Positions 12,432 to 26,020 of a stretch of DNA of 64,000 nucleotides are shown piece after piece. A model generated the notes under the pieces. The model was not told the DNA's origin and did no database searches. It saw only the letters and a list, made by a program, of their open reading frames with translations. Positions within the stretch are counted from its first letter, which is position 1; every line of letters starts with the position of its first letter. The position numbers and the translations under genes were made by a program. The DNA comes from Sphaerodactylus townsendi (Eukaryota): contig NC_059431.1 of NCBI RefSeq assembly GCF_021028975.2, positions 53,878,001 through 53,942,000 on the forward strand. Direction: 5' to 3'.

Positions 12432-15217
12432 TAAGTTTACTTTTTTGTCCCTATAGTACTCAAATGAAGAAGGCATAAAGTTTCACTGGGAAACCAGATA
12501 TAAATTAATGCAGTTTGTCAGTAAGACATTTGAAATCTTAGCCCAGTAAAGCTCATCATTACCTTGAATGGAGAAAACAGTGTGTCTGGTCCTACTTTCT
12601 GAAGAGCTTGTGCAATATAGTCTAAAGAAACTAGTCAGGCATTTTAGAAACTTGTACTATCCAGAGCTAGTTTATGTGCAGAAATATTGTATCATTTTTG
12701 ATGAACATGTGAGCAGTTAGAAATGTATTATTCTTAGTCACCCACACCCCCTAGTTTTACTTCTTTAAACAGACCTTTTCATATGGTATGTGGAAGAAGA
12801 ACCTTTTCCAAGCTGATGCAACTGTACAGTAATTTCCTCCCCTTGCTAATATGATATAAGAGGCAACATTGATAAGGACTGGAGCACATAATTAATTGCA
12901 TACTTTTGAAGTCAAAGGCTCTGACAATCAAGAGTTTTCTTAACTTTATGTACTGAGGCCATTCTACCTTAAAAGTGACAAGCGTAGTATATCTCTTCCT
13001 AGCCAAAGTTATAAGTGCCATCAACTGAGCTGTACTTACAAAATGCCTTTTGAAAGTCCACAGCTATACCATAACAGTGCTTAATTTCAGCCAAGGATGC
13101 AGAAAGGCCTGGAACTTATAACCATAAATCTCCCTACTGTCCCTCAGCTATCTATAGGCTAAGTTAAGACTTGCAAAGCTCTCTGTGCAATTACTGCACC
13201 TGCACAAATGGCCTGACTGGTTGTATCAGACATCACTGGCAAGGTTAGGGTCAGGCAACATGAATAACAGAAGCTTACAGGGTCAGTGCAATGGAGACAA
13301 CACATGATAATAAGTAAGGCCAATAGAGTTTATTGAAAAGGATGTTTATGACCCTGGTAGTAATAAGTTCTTAACTAGAAATGTGGACAAAAGGGACACA
13401 AGAGCTGTGGAGGCTCGCTTTCAGCAGACTCCTTACATGGCCTCCTCCTTCATTTAAAATTTGCTTGCACATGTGGCTGTAGAAATGATTCTGTTAACTC
13501 ATTGGAATGGTTGTTAATCTGAAAGGTTCTGAAAAACAACATTTCTCAGTATAGCTCATATTCATCCTCACCCATTAGATGCTCAATTAGCTGAAACAAA
13601 GTTTAAATCATATGCCAGGGGCTTAATTTAATTTGCCCAGGCTAAGCTGCTCACCGTAGCATTTAAACCTGCATTTTGGAGAAATTACTATGGAGTAGTC
13701 ATGCAAAAAACTATTAAGGCCTGGAAAACCATAGGCAAGCTAAAATTGAGCTGCTTGTGTGTTGTGGAGCAAAACACAGTTATATTAAGAATATTTGTTA
13801 AAACACGGAAGTTTTCCTGCAAGAATCTGATGAACTGAGGTTCTATGAGGGCAAGAACTTCTACATGGGGTTAAATCTGAAGTTCTACTTATGTAAATGT
13901 GAAAACATTATGTTTTGATACCAAGAGAGTTTTTTCCTTTCTACTTTTTCTTCCATGTCTCCTCAGTGATAAATCCTTCTTTATGTTGTGCTTCATGATT
14001 GCCTGACAGACATTTGCCACAGAAGTAAAACATATTAGCTAATCAGCAACTTTTTTGGCACTTTGAAAATGGCTTTGGACCATTCATGGATAGTTTTGAA
14101 CATGTGCTTTTATATCAATAAGATTAAATAAACAACTTCTGTTGTTGTGGGTCATACTGAACTTTCGATGTCCATGAAAGAAGGAGGAAACCAATGGTTT
14201 GTTCAACAGCTCTGCACCTCTCTAGGGGAATGCCACCCTTTATCTGTCCATCCTGCTACCTTCCCTTCCAGCCATTGCTACCATATATATTTTGTAGCAA
14301 TTTTGTAGTCAGCTTCCTTGCTAACTAGGGAAGGAGGAAAGGGGGCTTTTGAAAAGAAGGAGGAACTTAGACCTGAGATTACCAATTTTAGGACAAAAAG
14401 TGACACACAAAAACAGAATGGTTTCTAACTATACAGCCTTATCTAGCTGACCACTTGCTCTCCCCCTGCTTGGTCTTCTTCTCAGTTCCTTTGCATGTTA
14501 GACTTTGTCACTTCCAACAGAAGGGAGGTAGAAAGGCTGTGTGAGACTCACTCTGTTCCCTTCATCAAGAATTATAGTCCTATTGCTAATTAAAATGCAC
14601 CTGTCTTCCCAACAGATCCATGAATATACCAAACCCTTAAAAATGTCTTAAAATCCCTGCAGTGGATTGGTACTTAAATCTGAAATGTTTGTCAGGTAAG
14701 CATTCATATGAGTGATTCTTGTGCCTGTAAAATATCTCAGAACTGAATTTGCCCTTAAAGTCTCTAGAACCTATTCTGAGAAGTCATTACTTGCTAACAC
14801 TCAAATCACCTTGGGGAAAAAAGCACATGGAATGTTGAACTAGTTCCATTATTGTCAACAAAGTCACGTTGGATGCTTGGGGAGAGCCCAGAAGGGGACA
14901 CTACATAATGAAATGTATAAATAAAGCAGCAAAGACTTAAAAACTGTAATCACAAACTTTCAAGCAGAACATAGTTTCCACAAGCACAAAATAACTGAAG
15001 CAAGTTATTCTCACTATATGTCAGACCTGTGCGGATACAGAATTACAGAAAAGCCTCCAGTCTTTGGGGCTGTCCCAATGACCCAGGGATAGTCTTTCTT
15101 CTTTAAAGGAACCTTATAACCACCAACACACAGTACCTTGTAAGTAATAAGTGAGATAAAAATAATTCAATTAATAATTTACTTATGTGTTAACTAATAA
15201 AATTGCTATCTAGATAT

Positions 15218-15605
15218 CTAAGGCTTTTTTTGGCCCTGGCCCCAGTCTGGTAGAATGCTCTGTCAGATGAGGCTGGGGTCCTGCAACATTGAGCACAGTA
15301 TCACAGGGCTGTTCTACCAAGCTTATAGATGCTGCAGCAACGGTATTCCATGGCAGGCTTCCCGCTTCCCCTCTCCATCCCTTCATATTTTAATTTGTTG
15401 TTTTTTCCTTGTAGTACCAGGTATAAATGTGATTGGGGTAATTATAATCGGTCCCTATTGGAGATTTTTACACCAACTGAAATGAATTGTCATTGTTGTA
15501 TTGATCGTATACTGGTTGTCTTATTATTATATTTAATGTTGGAAGCCACCCTGAGCCTACAAGGAGAGGGGAGCTGAGAAGTCAAATAAAATAAACAAAT
15601 AAATA
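15218..15605 (+). mobile_element. L2-clade LINE 3' end fragment
   Basis: ggccctggccccagtctggtagaatgctct matches 58335-58365 of the L2 copy. Ends in gccaccctgagcc...aataaaataaacaaataaata, an L2-type tail. Confidence 0.7.
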
Positions 15606-16429
15606 TTGTTTCCAGGGGTAACATATAATTCACAGCTCTTATCCTCAAATATCATCTTTGTAGCTATTGGCTGCAAAAGGTGATAGCTTTGCCAGGACTC
15701 CTGCCTTTGCAAGAAAGAGAAATCTATTATTGGAGGCAATGTATTATCTGTGAACCAATATCTGTCAATTACCATATGTACATTCAGCTTAGAGTATATA
15801 TACTCTGTAATAATAATAGTTTCAGGGTGCCTCTCTGAAAAATACAAATATATGCTTGGATCAGATTGTGGAACTTTTCCTAGTGTTCAAGTAAAGCTAT
15901 ATGCTGTGTCTAGCAACACTTCAGGAAGTAGCTTGAAATGAAGCACAGATGTGTGGCCTGATATTATCAAATCATGCAGTTTGCTCATCACCTCAGGTTT
16001 GCCTAGAAATATCTCTTGGCAGATAGATTTACCAAGTGCAGCAAGCCTCAATGAGGGCTTGCTGGACATCATGTAGCTAGTAATGAAATGTTTTGGTACT
16101 ATGGATGTCCAAGTTCCTGCAGGTTCAGGTTCCAGGTGTGAATATGCCACTGGTTTATTGATGATGACTACATTGACTTATCAATGAGCCACATGCCAGA
16201 ATTCACTTGGAGGCTATTCAGTACCACTTATGGGCAAACTTTCATGTGTGCATGTTGTCTCTACAGCCCAATGGTGCTGCTGCATAGATATCATTCTTTT
16301 ATCTGCAGCCAAATTTCCATCACAAATGCCTTCCAAAATAAATTTGTTTTAAAGTTGTTTCTCCTTTTTTTGCTGTTCCCATTAATGATTTCACAGAATA
16401 GCTACCTCAGCTACCTGTTGTTGTTGTTA

Positions 16430-17004
16430 CCCTGAAAGTTTGGTGCTGCTAGCTTAACAATTGCACCCCTGACAGCAGGCACCCCCCAAATTTCCCCAGA
16501 TTCTTCTTTTAAATCTACCCCACCTTTGGCATGGATTTAAAGGGAGAATCTGAGGTCTCCAGTTTAAACATTGAAAGTGATGCTGTTTCAGGGTGGGGGA
16601 TAATCCACCCCAAAATAGCATCACTTTCAATGTTGTTTTAACTAGGGACCCCAGATTCTCCCTTTAAGGTGGATTTAAAAGGAGAATCTGGACTCCCTAG
16701 TTTAAACACCACTGAAAGTGATGCTGTTTAGGGGTGGACTCCAGCATCACAGTGACTGCCCATGGGAGGGGGGGGGGGCAAAGCTCAGATTTTGCACTGG
16801 GCTCCATTTTCTCTAGCTATGTCTCTGCCCAGAGGGGAGGGCAGAAGGGACTGCCAGCTGGGAGCCCAGCTGGTGGGGGGGGGAGTCTGCCACCCCTGGC
16901 CTCAGAGAGCTGCTTTTATAAGCACTGAGGCTGGGGGCAGGCCTTGGGGAGATGTGGCTACACACCCCGAACCGCCCCATAAAAAATCTATAACTACATC
17001 ACTG
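16430..17004. mobile_element. Non-autonomous DNA transposon fragment (hAT-like) with internal sub-repeats
   Basis: Inverted copy at 60294-60769. Repeated aaagtgatgctgttt/ggatttaaa.ggagaatctg modules. Terminus ctataactacatcactg (reverse CAGTGATGTAG), related to the TSD-flanked element 40528-41261. Confidence 0.65.
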
Positions 17005-18709
17005 ATACCTACATACACTCACCTGTTCCATGAATTATATGTTATTAAAATTCAGCACAGTCTAGAAATAATGGGGTAGATCCAATCATTATTCCAAATA
17101 GCCTTCCTCCAGCATAAGGAACCTTTCTCCAACTTAAGTGGCACTTTTTTCACTTCAAACATGAGCCAAAAAAAGTGGAGTATAAGTATTTTAATCAACA
17201 AACAAGGTTTACTCCATGGAGGGGTAGCATAGGGGTAGTATCCCCATCATTTGCTATGAAAGAATCACGGCAATCTGAACACAGTCTGGTTCTGGCAATA
17301 GCCATCCATGTTAAGCTTGCATTCAGTAATTATGATGCCATGTCAGGAAGGGGTTATGAGTAACTAGTTTGCTTACTCCACCCCTATTATTGACAGTGAA
17401 TAAAATAATTTTGGTATAGCCTTAGTTTTGCAGAGAGCTTCTGCCATAGGAAAAGAACTGAGGTACATTTTAAAATACTTTATTGGCCGTTGACATAGTT
17501 CCCTGTAAAAAAAATTAAAATTTTGCCTGTAAGTATGTATGTGCCACTGTGTAGATTGGTAACATCTACCCAGTTAAAAATAGTTTTTCCAAGAAAATGA
17601 AGTGTAATTTTGATGTAGTTGATTAACTCAACCGAAGTGAACTGAGGCAGGGAAAAGAGGATAGCTTTGATCTGATATGTGAGGATTTTAACAAAAATAT
17701 ATCCCTGTGACTTCGGATGGTTCCGTTCCGGGGAAGTCTTGAAAGTCTGTAGATGGAGAGAATGGGAACCTCAGGGCCAAGCTTTCTTGTTTTTTTTCCC
17801 CAATTACCACTTTGCTTTGTACCTTGAGCCGATTCAAATATGTACCCAAAACAAACAAAAGTTCTGTAGTTCCTTAAAGTTTCTGTAGTCAGAGCTCATG
17901 ACTTCAGGGGCAATGAGAAGATCCTCAGGCTTTACAAAATATGACTTGTGTTCCTACCCATTGTGGTGTCAACTGTCTTTGCACAGCTAATGGTTAGTCA
18001 TTATATTTTTATTGATTAGAATTTTACATGATGGCATTTCACCCAGTGCTTCCTACCCTTGATGCCCTTTGACCTTGATGGCTTTTTAAAAATGTTTTTC
18101 ATAAATTAAAAAGTCTGCAACTGAAAAAGTGGGCTCTGTTCACAAAACCTCATGTTGGAATAGTATTGTAAGTCTTTAATTCACCCCACCCCACCCCTCC
18201 CCTTCCCTTCCCCCCTTTTTTGCTGCTACAGGAAAGACTGGCCAGAACAGTAGAAGTCACTATCATGGCTCCAAATGGATGCTTAATCACACATGATTCT
18301 GTTCTTGCTGCCCTTTAGGATTTAGAGATGCTTCAGTTCTCATATAAATATCCAACTTCAATAAACAGGAAAGTTTTATGCATCCAGAAATAACTTTTAA
18401 TGTTTTTGCCCAGTCTAACTTTATATTATATCTTGTTTTATATTCATTCTGTAAATGCCAAATAAGGGTTACTGAACTGAACTGACTTACAGTGCAATCC
18501 TGCAACAAGATGCTCCAGTTTCAGCTGCATAGGACTGAATTGCTAATTGCATTCTGTCTGCAGCCAATTCACATACCTAATTCCTCCCACAATGCAGGGT
18601 CTCTGTATGTGGATGGAGTGAGTGGGGCTGGGGCAGAATAGCTTGTCTAAGACCACTTAGTGAACAAGGTAAGATCTGAACCAGCAACTTTACAGCTTAC
18701 AGCTTAGTC

Positions 18710-19208
18710 CAGTGATATCAAACCTTTTCGAGATCGAGTGCCCAAATTGCAACCCAAAACCCACCTATTTATCGCAAAGTGCCAACATGGCAATTTAACC
18801 TGAATACTGAGGTTTTAGTTTAGAAAAAATGGTTGGCTCCAAGGCATGCATTACTCAGGAGTAAGCTTGGTGGTAGTCGGTGGCTTTGCTTTGAAGCAAC
18901 CGTGCATCTCTTCCGATGGGTGAATCAAGACCCTAGAAGGGTTCACTCAGAAGCAAGCCCCATTGCCAGCTTACTCCCAGGTAAAGGATCATGCTTTAGT
19001 TCTTCACATGAAAATCAGTGGGGTTTAACAGCGCTTAACAGGATTACCTCCACTTCTTCCCCAAAACTAGGTCTTAGGTTTAATGCTAATAATCCAGCCC
19101 AGCAGCCCAGGCCAGCCTAGATGGGGGGGGGCACTCTGTTTGTGCGTGCCCACAGAGAGGGCTCGGAGTGCCACCTCTGGCACCCGTGCCATAGGTTCAC
19201 CACCACTG
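18710..19208. mobile_element. hAT (Charlie-like) MITE
   Basis: Termini CAGTGATATCAAACC...GGTTCACCACCACTG, perfect 8-bp TSD GCTTAGTC (18702-18709 / 19209-19216). Same family as 48773-49240. Confidence 0.9.
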
Positions 19209-20633
19209 GCTTAGTCCCTCTGAGCTATTATGCTCTCTTAGTTATTGTGATGCAATAACTCCTGATTGCTGGGATGGCAATGAAAGACAAGGCTACAAAA
19301 TAAGGTACAAAATAAGTAAAGTAGTATATTTAGCAAAAATGATCATGAAGGCCTTTAGAATACAATCTTATTGTGGTATTAAAATATCAGTCTCTTGGAA
19401 ACACAATGCTAATGTTATGAATAAAGCACATAAATAGGACATCAGTTCCATTTGGTTGCTTTTTTCAGTTTGACACTGAAGGTCAGAAATGGGACACAAT
19501 TTAAAAGCAAATTAAGAACAAAATGTTTTCCCCTGCACCATTGAATATACGCTCCAAATCTTCATTGTATGTTTTGTTTAAAAAAGAACAAAACTTGTCC
19601 TAGAGATGCATCATGCAAATTGCCTCTTCTCTCTTGAGAAAGCTTGAAAAGCATCATATGAAATTTTGTTCCAATTTAGTATTTCATAGAACAGAAATCC
19701 CTGTGGTGTTCTACATATTAACATTAGTCTGCATTCCTAAAACACTTTTTTTTGTAGATCTTAATTGAGGGAATGAAGGATATAAATGTAGGACACTTTC
19801 TAGCTGGTTCAAGGAATTCCTTTTAAAAACTCCTATAACATCTATAGCCATATCCTGCAAAATACTCATCAGTGGTTGTTTGTCCTTATATGACTGAGTG
19901 GAATTTACTCACCATTTTGTGAAAAAAGAATAACTACTCTTCATTATTATATCAAATTTCCTTTGTGTGACACTCCACCTCCCCAGCCCTGACTGCTAAG
20001 GCCTGGTCCTTCCCACCTTCCCTTACTCGTGTGTTGTTCGACCCATTCTTGGCCTCAGGCTGTTGGCCTGGGGTTCCTAGGAGCTTGCACACCCACAGTT
20101 TGTCTGGGGCTCTGGCTGTTCCTAGCAAAACACCCTCCTGGCCAGTTCTTCCACAGCCTCCTCCCCTCCACCTGCCTGTGTCCCTCACTCTCTGCTCCTT
20201 CTATCAACTTCACTTCTCTTTGCTTTCCACCTCATCCTCCTTTCTCCTCCACTCACAACACCCACCCCATTTCTGCCTCCTGTCCTCCTTTAAATTCTCT
20301 TCCTCCCTCTTCCCTCCCAATCACTGGCCTCTTCCCCTTGATTTGCAATATTTTGTTTTGTTTTGCAATATTTGTTTTGTTTTGCAATATTTAAATAACT
20401 GCCTTAAACACTGTTGAAAAAAACAATTCTGAAGAACCCTTAGAATATTGGGAATAAAAAATGGCTCCCTCAATTGATTCAGCTGAGGCTAACCTCTCAT
20501 AATACTGAAACTGAAATTATTTAAGAGCTCTGTTGGATCAGACCACATGCCCATCTAGTTCAGTAGCCCATTTCCAAAAACCACAGAAGTGCAGAACTGG
20601 GTTGTGTGTTACCCTAAGCTGCAGTCTCCACTT

Positions 20634-21879
20634 TGGTTGGGGGAATTTGCTGCAGACAGAGCATGAAAGGGGATAACTGGGTTCAACAACCTATGTATAC
20701 CAGGAGAGTCCTGGGTGAAAACTCTTCAATGAGTGGAAAGTTGTACAGCTGAAAGGAGTTTTTTATTGAAGAATAAATAACTCGGCTTGGCAATGCTAGA
20801 GGCAGGCTGGGTAGGGATCTTTTTAGACTATGTATACCAGAAACGGCTTGAAACGTATCTGCAGAGAATTCACAAAAGACCAAATTGCAGTTTAAATATT
20901 TTTATATAAGTTTTTGTTGAAAACAATCACACAGTGAGACGTTAAGACACATACACACAGTTCCTAAGTATATAGATGGGGAGGAAAAGATAGGTGGGAT
21001 GATAGAATAGGATTTGGGGAAGCAGGGGGGTCATACGTTACCTAAATTCAGCTGAAGACGATCTTGGAGAAGAAGGCAAGGATTCAAATGACCAGCATCT
21101 GAATCCAGGCGAAGGACGAATTCGTGTCTCACACCAACAAGACCAAGGGTGGTTCAGGTTAGCAATGAGCAATGAGCTTAAGGTGTGCAGGACTTTTATA
21201 GGGTGGATCGCTAGTTTGGTGGGAAAAGGAGACCCTTTGCATTAGGTTTCATTTCTTGCCTCTATGCTGGTTGCAGGGCTGAGCTAATTAGGGCAGCTCC
21301 TATTCTTATTGATCTATTTCCCCGACAAGGGGCAAATAATTGGTCCTAGGATTACACTCAGTAGCCTCTGAAAGGCTTTTATTGATGCAGAGTGTTAATC
21401 TCCTAAAGCTCTCTGCCTTATTTTGTAAATTTCTAGCTGAGGTTTGGAGTGATTTAGGATCGGATCTTGTTGTTAGGGAGATTGTATCTGAAAAGTGCGG
21501 GGAAATGCAAGGAAGCAGCAATTGTTTGAGAAATATTTTCTCAAAGGTACAGTATCAGGGACTTCCAAAGAAACATCTTAGCGAGGTGTGGTGCTCAGGA
21601 GTTCTACAGACTCCATTATGTTAACGGAGTACTCTGGCAGGGTGAGATAATCAAAGAGACATGTCCTTGTTATGAGACGTCCAGATAGTTTCCTGGAGTA
21701 ACTCATAGATTTGCACACAGATTGTTTTGCTTTAGGCTTGCTTTCAGCTTGGACACTCTGCTATCCACCCATACAAACATGGAAACTGGCATTTTGCAGC
21801 ACATAGCATGAGAAACAATATGAAATCCAATATTGCATAAGGCAGGGTATACAGGGCAGGGTTACAGCCTGCTATTACA
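20634..21879 (-). mobile_element. Solo LTR (ERV-like)
   Basis: On the - strand it starts TGTAATAG, with TATA (ccctataaaag, ~21192-21202) and AATAAA (~20762-20767). Shares conserved blocks with 6888-7800. No clean TSD found. Confidence 0.6.
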
Positions 21880-23230
21880 AGGCTATGCTCCACACTGAAA
21901 TTATTGGCTGGATGCATGTGTTACCAACTGCCAGGGTAACAAGAAGTGAGTTCAGTGATTTAGTGATTTCAGCTCAGCAGCAATAAATGGACACGAAGAT
22001 GGGATTTTTCAAGAAAGATTCTTTTACCGGCACACCAAAGAATCTCTGAAACATCGCTTCTCCAGGCAAGTTGCCCTGAGCAGGGCTTGTGCAGAAGTTT
22101 TTATACAGTTACAAACAAAAAGGAAAAGGTGTGGGTACACAAAATACAATAGAGAAACTTTAACTTCCAATAAAAACACTTGAAAACTTATTACAAGGTC
22201 TTCAGTGCTTTTGTGAATGGGTCCTGTAAACGCTTGCTGTCACCGTGACCTCGTGAGAGTTCGTAACGGCGGGAAGAAACAAGCGGCGTGGGGGGGGATC
22301 TTCTCCTTGGTCAGTGACTTCAGGAAGAAGGTGGATTCAGGGGGCTCCGCTCTCCGCCTGGGGCTCTTGTCAGGGGCTGCGTGATGCAAAGTCTGAAGTG
22401 AACAAAAGAGAGCAGGGTTGTGCGTCAGGTCTTTGGAGATGTCCTTTTGTAAAGTCACAATAAAGAATTGCATACCCTCTTCCTGGTCTCTTTGTCATAT
22501 TCTGCTTATAAGTCCAATGTTATTGTGGTCTGTGATTAGCTTACTCTTCAGGAATGTTGCAAGGGAATGTTGTCCAATTTACACATTCCTGGGACCAGCC
22601 TTTGAGCAGGGAGAAACTGCCTGACAACTATAATCAAATAATGGTTCCTATATTCTTCTTACAACAAAGTATCAAATACAACAGACAAAACAAACAAACT
22701 AAAATAATAATAAAAATAAATTTATTAATTTGGGGTTTCACTGATAACACATGTGCTGAACATCTCTACTGTCATGAGAGACATTGCTGTAAGTAGGAGG
22801 GATGCGTCAATGGGCTTCATGATGACTACTGGCAATACCAACATTAGGGCAGTGGCACAGGCTATAGGCCTGAAAAGCATTTATTGTGAGATGTCCTTGC
22901 ATCTGGGGGTCATAGGTCAGGCAATTGGTTTATCTGGAAACATGAGGCACCTAAGACAGGTGGTTGCAAGAGCAGGAGAAACTTGCTGAGCCCTGAGAGT
23001 TGCAGTCCATCAAACTGCTGAGCTACTGAGCCATGAAAGATCCAGTCTGGCCAGACCTCTCTGTTATGGCTAAGAGGCTCCTCTCATGCCCTTCAGTGAG
23101 CATGAAGAGCGAGTATGTTTTCTCCAGATGGGTAACACTGTCAGCCCACATCACTCACATTTGCTCCCCTGGAGAGTTGAGCAGTTGGTCTTTCTCAAGG
23201 TTAACTTACTGCTCTTCAGCTATTCAGTTC
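21880..23230 (+). pseudogene. Decayed, internally deleted hAT (Ac/ZBED-like) transposase, interrupted by the LTR at 21919-22749
   Basis: 23033-23210 gives WPDLSVMAKRLLSCPSVSMKSEYVFS + (frameshift) MGNTVSPHHSHLLPWRVEQLVFLKVNL, the hAT C-terminal dimerisation motif (WP.L..A..L..P..S..SER.FS...R..L.P..VE.LVFLK.N). 22810-22890 gives GFMMTTGNTNIRAVAQAIGLKSIYC, resembling the vTDNg.N...C catalytic segment. Confidence 0.75.
21919..22749. mobile_element. Solo LTR with intact termini
   Basis: TGTTA...TAACA inverted termini flanked by the 4-bp TSD CATG (21915-21918 / 22750-22753). Confidence 0.8.
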
Positions 23231-24303
23231 TGGACTTTGAGTTTATGAAGTGAGCACATGCTTGTACTTGTATCCCCTTTGGATCTGTGTTGGTACATCA
23301 GAGAAAAATACTCCTTCCCAAAATTTAAATAGCATAAGAAGGAAACATCAGGACAGTTACCCAATTTCACCTACAATATCCTCCTTTCTCAAATTGCAGC
23401 CCCCCCCCCAAAAAAAAACCTTACAGGAAATCCCTTCCTCTGAATCTTAGTAGCTGTGCAACACAGGGAGATGTGTGTGGTTCACCGGCCACACCAAAGC
23501 ACAAATCCCTGCAGAAAGCAATACAGCTGCACCAAAACTGTTCTTCATCTTGTTAGAACAAGATATGATAAGGATAGGCTTAAGGACCAGTGTGTCACAC
23601 ATTTGAATTTAATCCAGCAAAAAGCATAGGAGTTAATGAAATGATGCCAGCTTACATGCATGCTTTAATATTGTTGTTGTGTGTTTTTCTTTACATTGGT
23701 GGAAGAAGGTAACATGAGCACCAGCAATGAAGGGCAGCTGCAGCTCCTGAGGTTCTTCCTCTGAACCTGTAATGGTTGCAGATTCCAGAGACAGAAGAAT
23801 CTGGGTGCACAAACCCCCTTTCACTTTCTGATCTTACTCTATATGCTTTTTTTTCTCATATCTGTGTCTTACTGGGTTTACCTGGATGTCTGGTTCTTCT
23901 GGATGTTTTGCTGTTGATTCTGTTGGGCTTGCAAAAATTCCCACCCTCAGCCGAATGCTTAAGTTTGCTCTGGGACTTGCACTGGTTCTGTGGTTCACTT
24001 GGATTTGCACTGCCAAATTGATGTCTGGTTCTGCTGGACTTTTGTGGACTGTCATTTGTTCTCTTGGGCTTGGAAAAGTGCCCCCTCCCCAATTGTTTAT
24101 GTTTGTTTTGCTAGGATTCTCTGTTTTGACATTGGTTATGTTGGGATTCATTTCCCACATTAGCATCTGTTCTGGTGGGATTCTCCAATTTTGGTTTTGT
24201 TGGGCATGTTGTTGTTTATGTTTGCATGGCAGGCATCTGACCAGTGGTTGAATGCTCAAGTGTGTTTGATTGCTGCTTTTTGTCCTGCAGAAAAGATGAT
24301 GTC

Positions 24304-25184
24304 TGTGATGGATTAGGCCCAGGTAAAAGGGTTAATTTTTAGAAGATGCAGAAAAGCTGGCCTTAGCAGCACTTAATGTAAATGTAGACACCTCCTGATT
24401 GGCTGGCGGAGACGCAGTTAGCCCAGAGCCACAGGTAGGGGGAGCTAGGAACTATAAAAGCAGGAAGAAGCCTGTCAGAAAGCAGATGATGAATTGAGAC
24501 TGTTGGTGAGAGATGCAGTTTTGAGTAGTCAGACATAGATTGTGTCAGTCCACAGATCCTTCAGTCTGAGATCTTGTCTAGTGGCAGTGAGGCCAGTGAG
24601 AGACAGAGAGGAAGGCTAGGTGGCCAGATTCCTCTCAGTGATCTCTGAGAGACTGAGAGGAAGGATCAGTGTATACCAGAGGCTAGAAGCCTAGTTGGTG
24701 GGAGATTGAAGGGAAACCTATTACACGGAGACCCTCCTACGCCAGTGAAAATTCCCTTTGGAGATAAGGGTGAGTGTTTAAGGAGTGGGTTCTGGACCGT
24801 GTGTGGAAAGTTTACCCGAAAGTCTGTACTGAAAGCCATCTTACTGAAACTGTTGTTCTGTGACCATTAAGAAGTACCTGCCCAAAGTAATGCTTATGTG
24901 CCTCTCTGAACCATCATCCTGAGAAGAGAAGTCTGTTAACATAAAATCTAGTTTTTGTGTTTTAAACTTTCAAGAGCCTCTCTTTAAGTTCCAGTTATTT
25001 TGCTTCAGCTTATGGTGACAGCGTTTATAACTACAGTATAGTGTCCCCTGACAGGATTTCTGTGTGAGTTGAGGGGAGTGCCTTAGGCCAACAAAGTCAT
25101 CCACCCAAGTATCCACCTTCAGAAACAAGCTTCCCTCCCTTTTTGGGGTCTCTCTCTTCCCTCAGGGAGTGGGTGCTCATTACA
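24304..25184 (+). mobile_element. Solo LTR (Gypsy/ERV-like)
   Basis: TGTGATG...CATTACA termini, near-perfect 5-bp TSD ATGTC/GTGTC, gattgg (CCAAT) at ~24397 and ctATAAAAg TATA at ~24453. Confidence 0.75.
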
Positions 25185-25829
25185 GTGTCCCATACACTGG
25201 AAATAATTGAGGATGATTGGAGGCAGCTTGTTCAGGGGGTCATAGAACTGGACTCCTTGATCCAACCTACTTGAAATGAGGAAAGTTCTTTGGTGGACAA
25301 ATATCAGCAGCTGTGGAGCAATTTTGGCACCATTGTCTTAAAAAAAACAGCTCTTCCACAACCACCAGCCCAATAAATTTCCCATAGGCTACAATGGAGC
25401 CAAATAATATCAGATTCCCCAAAACAACCTGGAGCCAAATACCAAATTTGGAACCTGAAAAACTGGAAATAGTGATGTTTTTTCAGCTCCCTGATAGCTA
25501 GATCTGAAAAAAAAAACTGATTTTTTTCAATCTGCCCATCCTAACTCTGCCCCAACTGGGGTTCCTTCCTTCTATGACAGATTGCTGCTACTGATTATTC
25601 AGTGCACTTTTATAGTGGAGCTGGGACCAATAACCATGCCTGGGACTGCCACTCGCTATGGGTGATTGAGCCCTGGGTGGGACCTATCTGACCCTCTTTT
25701 GGTGATCTCTGCCCTGGAATTCTAGACAATTCCCTAGGTTCTCTACTGTCTTTCCCTCCACATACTGCCAATAGATATAATGTATTGTGTATTGTGAGAT
25801 CTGTTGTGAAAAAAAATCATTATGCTTTG

Positions 25830-26020
25830 TAGGATTGCCAAGAATTAGAACTGATCTCCAGGTGACATGAATCTATTTCCATGGAGCAAATGGCTGCTTT
25901 GGAGAGTGAACTCTATGGCAATATGCCCCACTGATGTCCTGCCCCCTCTCAAACTCTTCCCTCCCCAGGCTCCACCCCCAAACCTCCAGGTATTTCTCAA
26001 CCCTCAGTTGACAACCCTGA
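25830..26020 (+). repeat. Dispersed unclassified interspersed repeat (gggttgcc...gatctccag...aaaatggctgctttggag family)
   Basis: Homologous copies at ~36880-37048 (-), ~39933-40140, ~43385-43469 and ~59968-60175. Confidence 0.65.

Noticed and set aside
22753-23248. Domesticated ZBED-type gene
   Set aside because: Stops, frameshifts, a large internal deletion and an LTR insertion indicate a dead transposon.
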